59,941 bases of DNA from Gammaproteobacteria bacterium (GTDB lineage: Bacteria; Pseudomonadota; Gammaproteobacteria; SZUA-152): positions 1-59,941 of the forward strand of contig JAKEGK010000053.1 of assembly GCA_022627515.1 (NCBI GenBank), read 5' to 3'. The notes under the pieces are model-generated. The model made no database searches. It saw only the letters and a program-made list of their open reading frames with translations, and was not told the DNA's origin. Positions 8,981 to 17,796 of the stretch are shown here, piece after piece. The first letter of the stretch is position 1. Each line of letters opens with the position of its first letter. The translations under genes and the position numbers were made by a program.

Positions 8981-9925
8981 ATGACAGTACATAACAATCA
9001 GCTCCCCAAAAATACACAGGTCGGGAATTACACAATCATTAAAACCTTAAGTGCGGGGGGATTTGGGATTGTTTATCTGGCTACCGATCGGCGCAATCAA
9101 CAGGTGGTGGTGATCAAGGAGTATCTGCCCAATAAATTGGCGCAGCGGGAAGCCAATTTCGCCGTGGCGCCTCGCAACAATGAGTGTAAAGGCAAATTAT
9201 ATGAAGGCCGGCAGTTATTTCTGCTCGAAGTAAGCGCGCTGAAAAAACTGCACCACCGCAATATCGTACACATCACCGAATCCTTCGAAGCATTTGATAC
9301 CGTATATATTGTAATGGAATACCGTCCTGGCATAAGTCTCCAGGACTATATCAATAAGAGCAACGGTGGCTTCAAGGAACATGTCCTGCGGGCCCTATTT
9401 CCACCGCTGATTGACGGATTGCGCCTGGTGCACGCCAATAACCTGCTGCATCTGGATATTAAACCCGGCAATATACTGATTCAGAAAGACGGCACCCCTA
9501 TCCTGCTGGACTTTGGCGCCGCCATCCGCAAGAACATGAGCCGCACCGTGCAGCACCGCACGGTCATCACCGCCGGTTTTTCGCCCGTGGAACAATATGA
9601 CCAGAAAGGTTACTGCGGACCCTGGACGGATATCTACGCCATTGGCGCCACTATGCGTATCTGTATTGAAAATGCACCATTACCCGTATCCACCGAACGC
9701 CGCGAAAAAGATATCTTAAAACCCGCCGCTATCGCCTTTAAGCGCAAATACTCGCAGGATCTGCTGGAAGCTATCGACTGGGCCATGGAAGTGGATCCGT
9801 TACTGCGGCCCCAGACCATCGACGAATTCCTGCAGGCGTTTCATCAAGGCGCGGAGGACGGCAAAAACACAGGTGTATTGTCCAGGCTATTTACCAAACG
9901 CATGCCCTGGGGAAAAGCCGGTTAG
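8981..9925 (+). CDS. Hanks-type Ser/Thr protein kinase, kinase domain only (non-RD catalytic loop)
   Basis: G-loop SAGGFGIVY, VVIKEY (VAIK-like Lys), catalytic loop HLDIKPGNIL, DFGAA, and SPVEQ (APE-like). 314 aa with no predicted TM or sensor domain. Confidence 0.85.
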   Translation: MTVHNNQLPKNTQVGNYTIIKTLSAGGFGIVYLATDRRNQQVVVIKEYLPNKLAQREANFAVAPRNNECKGKLYEGRQLFLLEVSALKKLHHRNIVHITESFEAFDTVYIVMEYRPGISLQDYINKSNGGFKEHVLRALFPPLIDGLRLVHANNLLHLDIKPGNILIQKDGTPILLDFGAAIRKNMSRTVQHRTVITAGFSPVEQYDQKGYCGPWTDIYAIGATMRICIENAPLPVSTERREKDILKPAAIAFKRKYSQDLLEAIDWAMEVDPLLRPQTIDEFLQAFHQGAEDGKNTGVLSRLFTKRMPWGKAG

Positions 9926-9931
9926 CCAGTC

Positions 9932-10786
9932 ATGAAGTACGATGTCAGCAAAGCCAGCCGCCTTGGCAATCGAAAAAGCAATCAGGACCGCATGGGAGTA
10001 GTGGAGAACCAGCATGCGGTGTTGCTGGTGGTGGCTGATGGGCTGGGCGGTCATGCCGGCGGAGATCTTGCCGCCGACACCGTGGTGAACTGCGCGATCC
10101 GCCTGTTCAATAGTGCCGAGTATCCGATTCAGAATCCCGGAGCCTTGATCAACGAAATCTTTCTGCGCGCCCAGCGGGATGTGTTAAACCTGGCCAGCGC
10201 CTGTGATCCGCCAATCCAGGCGAGATCCACTTGTGTCGTTTGTATCATCCAGGATGGATTTGCCTGCTGGGGGCATCTGGGTGACAGCCGACTTTATATA
10301 GTGCGTAATCAAGCCGTCTTGACGCGCACCGTTGATCATTCACGGGTGGAAAGTCTATTCCAACAAGGCTTGATTACGGAAAAGGAGAAGGCGAACCATC
10401 CGGATAAAAATCTGATTACGCGCTGTATTGGCTCGGAAAATCATCGGCCACAACCCGCCATTTCGCCGGTTTTTTCCCTGGAACGTAACGATGTTTTACT
10501 ATTGTGTTCCGATGGTTTCTGGTCACCGCTGTCGGACCAGGACATTATTAACGGCGTGCAAAAACAGAATCTCAATGACGCCATCGAAGACCTGGCCAGT
10601 GACGCCGAAGAAACCAGCTATCCTCATTCAGACAACATCAGTGTCATTGGTTTTCGCTGGCTGGATACGGCGCAAAAAGCCGGAACCAAAAATGCCGCCA
10701 TTGCAAACACCCTGTGCGACACCGACGAATTGGACAAGGAGCTCAATGAGATGATGAAAAAGCTTCAGCAGATCGTCAATAAGTAA
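9932..10786 (+). CDS. PP2C-family Ser/Thr protein phosphatase
   Basis: Motifs RKSNQD, ADGLGGH, GDSRLY, CSDGF and DNISV. It starts 6 nt after the kinase stop, so the two are probably co-transcribed. Confidence 0.88.
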   Translation: MKYDVSKASRLGNRKSNQDRMGVVENQHAVLLVVADGLGGHAGGDLAADTVVNCAIRLFNSAEYPIQNPGALINEIFLRAQRDVLNLASACDPPIQARSTCVVCIIQDGFACWGHLGDSRLYIVRNQAVLTRTVDHSRVESLFQQGLITEKEKANHPDKNLITRCIGSENHRPQPAISPVFSLERNDVLLLCSDGFWSPLSDQDIINGVQKQNLNDAIEDLASDAEETSYPHSDNISVIGFRWLDTAQKAGTKNAAIANTLCDTDELDKELNEMMKKLQQIVNK

Positions 10787-10806
10787 TTGGACATTTCATT
10801 TAGGTT

Positions 10807-11481
10807 TTACATCCATCCCCGCTCCGCAAACGACACCGTCTCGCCATCCCCCACGACGACGTGATCCAAAACCCGCACTTCCACCAGCGCCAGCGCTTTT
10901 TGCAACTGGCTGGTCAGGTCACGGTCCGCCTGACTCGGCTCGGCAACGCCGGACGGATGGTTATGCGCCAGAATCACCGCGCTGGCGTTATGTTTTAACG
11001 CGCGCTGCACGATTTCGCGCGGATGCACCGACGCCATGTTGATCGTACCATAGAACATCTCGTCAAAACTGATCACCCGGTGCCGGTTATCCAGATACAA
11101 ACAGGCGAAAACTTCCTGGCGATGGCCGCGCATTCTGGCCATCAGGTAACGGCGGGTGTCATCCGGGCTCGAAAGCGTATCACTCCGCATCATTTTTTCC
11201 GCCAGATAACGCCGGCTTATTTCCAGTGTCGCGTGCAATTGGCTGTATTTTGCTTCCCCCAATCCCGGGCATTGGCAGAATTGTCGCTGATCCGCTTCCA
11301 GTAACCCACGCAAACTGCCAAACTGGATGAGTAATTCCCGGGCCAGATCCACGGCGGTTTTACCCTTGATGCCGGTGCGTAGGAAAATCGCCAGCAATTC
11401 CGCATCGGACAGCGCCTGCGCGCCGCGCAGCAGCATTTTTTCCCGCGGCCGTTCATGCGCCGGCCAGTCGATAATCGCCAT
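10807..11481 (-). CDS. radC: RadC/YicR family JAB-domain protein
   Basis: 224 aa with an HhH-like N-terminus and the JAMM motif HNHPSG...S..D. Confidence 0.9.
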   Translation of the reverse strand: MAIIDWPAHERPREKMLLRGAQALSDAELLAIFLRTGIKGKTAVDLARELLIQFGSLRGLLEADQRQFCQCPGLGEAKYSQLHATLEISRRYLAEKMMRSDTLSSPDDTRRYLMARMRGHRQEVFACLYLDNRHRVISFDEMFYGTINMASVHPREIVQRALKHNASAVILAHNHPSGVAEPSQADRDLTSQLQKALALVEVRVLDHVVVGDGETVSFAERGWM

Positions 11482-11653
11482 TTCATGACTCCTGTTTGGC
11501 TTTATTGGGAAGAAGAGTATCTGTATCGCCGGGCTTTATTGTTCTGTTACGCCGGATACAGTTTTTTTTCATCATTTATTGGTTTATTGTCTACAATACA
11601 TCGGGCTCCGGAACTTCAGAAGCCGCCATCACAAACCGGGAAAATTCTACGCA

Positions 11654-12856
11654 ATGAAGCAACTGGCCAACAAACAAATATTACTGGGAATAACTGGTAG
11701 TATTGCCGCTTACAAAGCCTGCGAACTGGTGCGCCTGTTGCGTGACAGCGGCAGTGACGTGCGCGTCGTCATGACCCAGGCGGCCACTGAGTTTGTTAGT
11801 CCTCTGACTTTTCAGGCCCTCAGCCAGAACCCAGTGCACCGCACTTTGCTGGATGAAACCGCCGAAGCGGCCATGGGGCATATCGAACTCGCCCGCTGGG
11901 CGGATGCGGTCGTCATCGCACCCGCCAGCGCCGACAGTATTGCCCGCCTTGCACAAGGACGCGCTGATGACCTTTTAGGCGCGGTTTGCCTCGCGACACC
12001 GGCGCCGGTCGCCATCGCGCCTGCCATGAACCAGCAAATGTGGCTGGACACCGCCACCCAGGAAAATATCGCACTGCTGCAGAAACGGGGCTTGCATATC
12101 CTGGGTCCGGCAACCGGTGATCAGGCCTGTGGCGACGTGGGCCCCGGCCGAATGCTGGAGCCGCAAATCATCCGTGAACAGATTGCCGGTTTATTCGAAA
12201 CCGGCGCATTGGCCGGTCTTACGGTGGTTATCACTGCCGGCCCCACCCATGAACCAATCGATCCCGTGCGCTTTATCAGTAACTACAGTTCCGGGCGAAT
12301 GGGTTATGCGCTGGCCGAAGCGGTGGTGGAAGCCGGCGCGCGATGCATTCTAATCAGCGGTCCCACGCATTTGCCAATCCCCTATAAAGTCCAGCGGGTG
12401 GACGTGCAAACCGCGCAACAAATGCATACGGCTGTTATGGAGGAGATGTCGAACTGTAATATATTCATCGCGGCGGCCGCGGTAGCTGACTACCGGCCGG
12501 CGGAAACTTCAACGCAAAAAATCAAAAAAGACCAGCAGCAACTCAGACTGGAACTGGTGCGCAATCCGGATATTTTACAGGACGTGACAGGCTCGCACCC
12601 TGAAGTATTCGCCGTAGGCTTCGCGGCGGAAAGCGGCAGCGTGGAACACTACGCTACGCAGAAGTTAAGTCAGAAGAAACTGCGGATTATTATAGCAAAT
12701 GACATCAGCCGCACGGACATCGGCTTTGACAGCCCGGACAACGAAGTCGTGGTTTACTGGCAAGGCGGAAGCAAACAACTGCCCAAAGCCTCCAAACCCC
12801 AAATCGCACGGCAATTAGCCGCGATGATAGCCGACCACTACAACGAAAGCCAATAA
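11654..12856 (+). CDS. coaBC: Bifunctional phosphopantothenoylcysteine decarboxylase / phosphopantothenate-cysteine ligase
   Basis: Flavoprotein N-domain (ILLGITGSIAAYK) and DFP C-domain (ITAGPTHEPIDPVRFISNYSSG). The start is taken at ATG 11654 (MKQLANKQ). Confidence 0.93.
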   Translation: MKQLANKQILLGITGSIAAYKACELVRLLRDSGSDVRVVMTQAATEFVSPLTFQALSQNPVHRTLLDETAEAAMGHIELARWADAVVIAPASADSIARLAQGRADDLLGAVCLATPAPVAIAPAMNQQMWLDTATQENIALLQKRGLHILGPATGDQACGDVGPGRMLEPQIIREQIAGLFETGALAGLTVVITAGPTHEPIDPVRFISNYSSGRMGYALAEAVVEAGARCILISGPTHLPIPYKVQRVDVQTAQQMHTAVMEEMSNCNIFIAAAAVADYRPAETSTQKIKKDQQQLRLELVRNPDILQDVTGSHPEVFAVGFAAESGSVEHYATQKLSQKKLRIIIANDISRTDIGFDSPDNEVVVYWQGGSKQLPKASKPQIARQLAAMIADHYNESQ

Positions 12857-13439
12857 ATTCAATTCTAACCATTCGAGTTGTTAAAGCCCGCTGCGAGTTC
12901 GGAATCTTGTAAGTCGAGTCTTAATTCCAATTGTAGTATGGCAGTACTTTTAGCCACGTGACTGAGATTGTTGCCCTCCTGGATATTTACATATTTTTAT
13001 CTTGTTGTGGGTTTTGTTGTTTTGTTCCATGCAATATTTTTTTAATTGTTAACAAATATATAAATGGGATGACCACACTAAAAGCGAGGAAGTAAAAAAT
13101 ATGGAGTCACGCACTTTTGTAAATGATGCCAAGCGTTCTGTCACCATTTATACGTCAAGAGTCAGCGATCGCGAGAACTAGGTATAAGTACTAAGGAGAC
13201 GACGCACCCTCTTTAAACCAACTAAGTGTCGCCACTAACACTTGACTGCTGCTGTTAAGACAATTGCGTTATGAAAAATAAGGTGTGTTTGCAGCTGAAG
13301 AGTATTTAACAAGACGGGCATGCTAGATTAGTTTGAGGGATTAGGTCCAATCCACGTATAATCCAATGGCTTGGAGCTAATCCGCACTTCAGGCATACCT
13401 GAAAAACAAAGTCATTAGTCAGGAAGTACACAGACATCA

Positions 13440-14054
13440 TCAAAGGGACTGTTTGTCCACGACCACTGTACTGGGATATTTTGCCATGATGCCATCCTCA
13501 ATCTGTTGAAAGAAAACCTGTCCCATCTCTTCTTTACTCATACCTTTGGCAAATACGGAGTTGATACCCGACGCCAAAGCGCCACTAATTCCACCGGAGC
13601 TGCTTTCCGTGTAACGGAAACCCACAACAACGCGAAACTTTCTACCCACCCCATCCGGAGAAAAAGGGAATATACAGGCGGTATATTGTTCGGCGTCACT
13701 TTGCCCCAGCCCGGAGGAGCCAGAGCGGCCGCTACTAATGTTTGCAATACTTCCATCGGAGCACTGTAAAAACAAGTAACTAACCGGTCCAAAGTTCATA
13801 GGTTTCATTTCAATTCCTCCAGCAGGAGTAACAGGCACTATGTCCGGCATAAATCGCATATCCACGTTCATGTCTTTACTTCGGTTTGCCAGCACGTCTT
13901 TTATATCATCCGCAAGCGCCTTGGGTTGGACGTTTTCGCCATCGACGTCCAACTTCAGCATGTAGCTCCTTGTCTCGGATTTCTGTGTCATAGAGGCGCA
14001 AGATGCAATTAGCAGACAACTGATTGCTAGCATTAACGATGCAAAATACTTCAT
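13440..14054 (-). CDS. Hypothetical lipoprotein
   Basis: 204-aa ORF in an AT-rich islet. Signal peptide with a lipobox (MKYFASLMLAISCLLIASC|AS). A good SD (GGAGGA) lies upstream of the ATG. I recognise no family. Confidence 0.6.
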   Translation of the reverse strand: MKYFASLMLAISCLLIASCASMTQKSETRSYMLKLDVDGENVQPKALADDIKDVLANRSKDMNVDMRFMPDIVPVTPAGGIEMKPMNFGPVSYLFLQCSDGSIANISSGRSGSSGLGQSDAEQYTACIFPFSPDGVGRKFRVVVGFRYTESSSGGISGALASGINSVFAKGMSKEEMGQVFFQQIEDGIMAKYPSTVVVDKQSL

Positions 14055-14663
14055 TATGTCCTCCTATTTTATATAATAATTATTGTCAACAGATGTAACT
14101 AATATAAATTGTTAGACTTGTTAGCTGACAAAACAATAGTTGCGACTTCTAGCTTAAACAAATTTACAATGTGAATATTCACGCTATCCATAATTATCAG
14201 TTTTGGCGAACTGAATGTATCCCCATAAAAAGGTAATTACTTCAGGTTGCCACAAGCGCTGCATTTTATATTGCCAAATTACGACAAGTCTATATTTGCC
14301 AAACGTGAAAAATACCCATTCCGGATATACTAAGGTGCAATTAGTGGGCATCATGGTTCGCTTTGGACGTTGTTACTTCAACCTAGAGTGTCGAGCACCA
14401 AGGTAAGAGCGCCTTGTGCGCATCGCGAATTACTCCAAGAGATTGCGAATCCAAAAAAAGCTAAAAAGGGGGCTTGCCGCACGCTTAACGCTAATGACCC
14501 AAAGAAACGGCAAAGTCAGCACTGCTCAATTATTGAATGGCTAGCGGGGATTGGAATATTAAAATTCGATTGTGTTTTGACATTGTTAAGGCTGGGTTTT
14601 AGAAAACGGGGAAGAACTGCATGATTACAAGTATGAACAAATCAGCATTTCAAATCTGTACTG

Positions 14664-14936
14664 TTGGTTGCCTCATTGTTAGCGTTATCCGCCTGCGGTT
14701 CCGGCCTGGATGGCACTTATGCAGATCAATCGGGGATAACAAAATACAAATTTGAGTCGGGTGGAAAGGTCTATGTGTCCATGATGGGCGTGGAAACAGA
14801 ACTCAAATATGAAGTGGACGGCGATAAAGTCAAGATAGCGGCGCCTGGCGATAATGGTGCGAATCAGATTTACACATTACAAGGTGACGGTAGCTTAAGC
14901 GGCCCAATGGGATTAACGCTGACCAAGCAGAAATAA
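14664..14936 (+). CDS. Small hypothetical lipoprotein (start unclear, possible frameshift)
   Basis: ORF with lipobox LLALSAC|GSG. The only in-frame starts are TTG 14664 and CTG 14661, which give an unusually short signal peptide. A well-placed ATG at 14633 is one nucleotide out of frame. Confidence 0.45.
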   Translation: MVASLLALSACGSGLDGTYADQSGITKYKFESGGKVYVSMMGVETELKYEVDGDKVKIAAPGDNGANQIYTLQGDGSLSGPMGLTLTKQK

Positions 14937-15025
14937 TACCGGCACGAACATTGTACGCGCCATTCTTGGCAATAATTGACTGAAGTGTAAGTGTTGCGTT
15001 GAGATTAACTTATCCGGCAGCTATG

Positions 15026-15913
15026 TTAACTTTTCAGGCCGGCGAGTCCTGCCGCAAGATCGGGATATTGCAGGGTAACACCCAATTCGCGCAGCAATTT
15101 CGCGTTACTCATGCGCCGTGATTCGCTGAGGTAGGACAGCATGCCGGGGCTTAATTGCCGCTTTGCCTGTTCGCGGTCGATCTCGGTTGGTGGTGGCAAA
15201 TCCAGCGCTTTGGCAATTGACTTAAAATAGTGGGACATCGTGCTGGGATGACCATCGCAAACATTATAAACGGCGCCATTGGGAGCACGTTCCGCGGCGG
15301 CAACACACACCAGGGCCAGATCGTCCTGATGAATGCGGTTGCTGAACGGCGCCTGGTCTTCCCGCAATATTGGCAGCCCTTGTTGCAGGCGCTCAATCGG
15401 CAAACGTCCGGGACCATAAATACCCGATACGCGCAATATCACAAAAGGTATTTGATGTTTACCGGCCCATTCGCGTAAGGCGTTTTCTGCGTCAAGCCTG
15501 CGTCTGCCCCGGTCTGTCTGGGGATTAACAGGTTCAGATTCGTCAATCCACCTGCCCTCGCAATCACCATAGACTGCGGTGGTGCTCAATAGAATCACTT
15601 TGGCCGGCAAACCCGTTTTTTCACAGACCGCCAGCAAGACGCGAAAGCGCGGATCGGTTTGGCCGCTGTCAGGCGGCGGGGCAAAGTGGAACAAAATAGC
15701 ATGCTTGCAGGACAATGCTGTCAAGGTATCAGGCCGATCGAGATCCGCTATCACCGGCGTGACGCCCAGTGTTTGCAGTTTTGCCTGAACTTGTGGACGC
15801 CGCACCAGTCCATAAAGTTCGATGTGGGCCTGTGATAAGACACTTTGAGTATGATAACGCGCAGCGACTCGCTGACCTATATCACCACAGCCGCTTATAC
15901 ATATTTTACCCAT
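15026..15913 (-). CDS. NAD-dependent epimerase/dehydratase (SDR) family protein
   Basis: Rossmann N-terminus ISGCGDIGQRV and an extended-SDR-like body. The start is taken at ATG 15913; the ORF-track start at 15937 is a TTG. Confidence 0.78.
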   Translation of the reverse strand: MGKICISGCGDIGQRVAARYHTQSVLSQAHIELYGLVRRPQVQAKLQTLGVTPVIADLDRPDTLTALSCKHAILFHFAPPPDSGQTDPRFRVLLAVCEKTGLPAKVILLSTTAVYGDCEGRWIDESEPVNPQTDRGRRRLDAENALREWAGKHQIPFVILRVSGIYGPGRLPIERLQQGLPILREDQAPFSNRIHQDDLALVCVAAAERAPNGAVYNVCDGHPSTMSHYFKSIAKALDLPPPTEIDREQAKRQLSPGMLSYLSESRRMSNAKLLRELGVTLQYPDLAAGLAGLKS

Positions 15914-16159
15914 GGTTTTTACCGTTTGCGCACTCAAGCATATTTGGCGGTTTCTTTAAGCCGTGCAGTGTAGCATAGGATATTGGTATAGTAGCTGCTT
16001 GATTTGAACCGTCAATTTTCCGAGGGCCATTTTTCCAGCTATAAATAACTCGGCATTGTTATATTTGTTTGGTACCGGATACGGGGTCCGGATTCTGCTC
16101 AACTAGTAGAAAAGTAACAACGTAGAAATAATCTTTAAAACACGCATGCTCCTGTAATC

Positions 16160-17176
16160 ATGAAATATCGCGTCAACCTGCAACCCAGTTATCACACGCT
16201 AGATGTGGACGAAAATGAATCCATATTAAGCGCGGCATTGCGCGAAGGCATTCATCTTGCCTATGGTTGCCGCAGCGGAACCTGCGGCACCTGCAAAAGC
16301 GTATTACTGGAGGGTAAGGTGGCGTATCCCGTTGAACAGGCGCTGGCTTTGACTGATGAAGAACGGCAACACGGCGCAGCCCTGTTATGCCAGGCGCAAC
16401 CCCGTTCTGATCTGACGATTGCCGCGCAAGTCATTCCCCATGATGATGTGATCGTGGTGAAAAAGCTCCCCTGCCGTGTTTCCCAAAAACAGCTGGTCTG
16501 CCACGATGTGCTCAGGTTGCTACTTAAATTACCCGTTATGGAAAAGTTTTCTTACCGCGCTGGCCAGTATATCGACATACTCCTGCCCGATGGCCGCCGC
16601 CGCAGTTTTTCCCTGGCCAACGCGCCATTTGTAAACGGATCCCTGGAGTTGCATGTACGGCATGTCGAGGGCGGAGATTTTACCGGCTACGTATTTAAAG
16701 AACTCGAGGAAAAAACCATTTTAAGGGTGGAAGGGCCGCATGGGCAATTTTTCCTGCGGGAAGACTCGGACAGGCCGATTATTTTCATGGCAGGCGGAAC
16801 CGGCTTTGCGCCAATCAAAAGCATTATTGAATTCTGCATCATCAATGATATTCAACGCCCCATGTATTTGTATTGGGGGGCGCGTGCGCAGCAGGATTTA
16901 TACATGAATGACCTGGCCGCATTGTGGGCGAAAGATTTTCCTCATATTCACTATATTCCCGTGTTATCGGCTCCAAAACCGCAAGACGATAAATCCATTC
17001 GCACAGGGCTGGTCCATGAGGCGATTACGAAGGATTTTCCGGATTTATCCGGTTATGAAGTGTATGCGAGTGGCCCGCCGATGATGGTCAAGGCCGGCAA
17101 GGAAGCTTTTGCCCGTTGCCACTTGCCACCGGAACATTATTATTCTGATGCTTTTGAATTTCAGCGTCCCAAGTAG
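16160..17176 (+). CDS. 2Fe-2S ferredoxin / FNR-type NAD(P)H oxidoreductase (AscD or oxygenase-reductase-like)
   Basis: N-terminal plant-type 2Fe-2S motif CRSGTCGTCKS...C. This is followed by an FAD-binding RSFSLAN motif and an NAD-binding GGTGFAP motif. Confidence 0.85.
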   Translation: MKYRVNLQPSYHTLDVDENESILSAALREGIHLAYGCRSGTCGTCKSVLLEGKVAYPVEQALALTDEERQHGAALLCQAQPRSDLTIAAQVIPHDDVIVVKKLPCRVSQKQLVCHDVLRLLLKLPVMEKFSYRAGQYIDILLPDGRRRSFSLANAPFVNGSLELHVRHVEGGDFTGYVFKELEEKTILRVEGPHGQFFLREDSDRPIIFMAGGTGFAPIKSIIEFCIINDIQRPMYLYWGARAQQDLYMNDLAALWAKDFPHIHYIPVLSAPKPQDDKSIRTGLVHEAITKDFPDLSGYEVYASGPPMMVKAGKEAFARCHLPPEHYYSDAFEFQRPK

Positions 17177-17189
17177 ATTTGAGCAGGAC

Positions 17190-17618
17190 TTAAAAATAAT
17201 ATGCGGCGCCAGGCATGCGGATCAGATACGATCGCCCGTTGTAATTTGCACCAGCCCCCCCTTCAAAGACCAGAATTCTTAGCAGCGTTCCGGGACCTTG
17301 ATTATAGGTCCAGTGTTCGATCGATTTGGTAACGGATTCCTTGCGCCGGATCACAGCCGGATCACTGTTATCCGTTGGCGCATCACCTTCACGGCTGCCG
17401 GATTCGGAGGACGTCAAAGGGATGTCGATTCGCCTGGACTCTTCCTTTTCGCCGACAGTTTCTTTCAGCATGGGTTCACCGCAATTTAATAGCACATCAG
17501 CCTTGCTGTCGCCCACTGAAATCAGTTTGGTTCCACAGCGCATGCTTGTATCGGCGTAACCAGCGGGATACAGGAGAAAAAACATCAAAAAGGTCATAAC
17601 GCATATATTAACTTTCAT
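17190..17618 (-). CDS. DUF2845-like secreted protein
   Basis: Signal peptide MKVNICVMTFLMFFLLYPAGYA, then MRCGTKLISVGDSKADVLLNCGEP...HWTYNQGPG, which as I recall is the DUF2845 pattern. The start at ATG 17618 is preceded by GGGAGG. Confidence 0.68.
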   Translation of the reverse strand: MKVNICVMTFLMFFLLYPAGYADTSMRCGTKLISVGDSKADVLLNCGEPMLKETVGEKEESRRIDIPLTSSESGSREGDAPTDNSDPAVIRRKESVTKSIEHWTYNQGPGTLLRILVFEGGAGANYNGRSYLIRMPGAAYYF

Positions 17619-17796
17619 ATCTTGCCTCCCCTTTAAGCTGCCACGCATGAAGTACATTGCCCGTTTATGTACAATAATAACGGAAATAAACACCACAAAC
17701 CGTCGTTTTTATAAATGAATATCCGCGGCGTCAGGATCAGGCGCCAGGATCTTTATCGTGATTGTTTTTATTGCCAATATTCACTATGCTCCCCGC

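Noticed and set aside
12908-12925. A GacA/UvrY-box-like sequence, TGTAAG-TCGAGT-CTTAAT.
   Set aside because: The second half-site matches only 4/6. The downstream 500 nt are not GGA-enriched on either strand (about 7 GGA in 515 nt on the plus strand, about the chance level). A similarly imperfect CGTAAA-N7-CTTACA at 1957-1975 has the wrong spacing.
12880-12930. A T-loop-like string GAGTTCGGAATC, considered as a tRNA fragment or att-site remnant marking an integrated island.
   Set aside because: There is no complementary T-stem or acceptor sequence, no integrase gene, and no matching direct repeat at the other end of the AT-rich islet.
14215-14624. ORFs of 63 and 84 aa in the spacer between the lipoprotein genes.
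   Set aside because: They have no SD and an odd composition rich in Cys, Arg and Lys, and one uses a non-ATG start. They lie in AT-rich promoter-like DNA. They might be small proteins, but nothing supports that.
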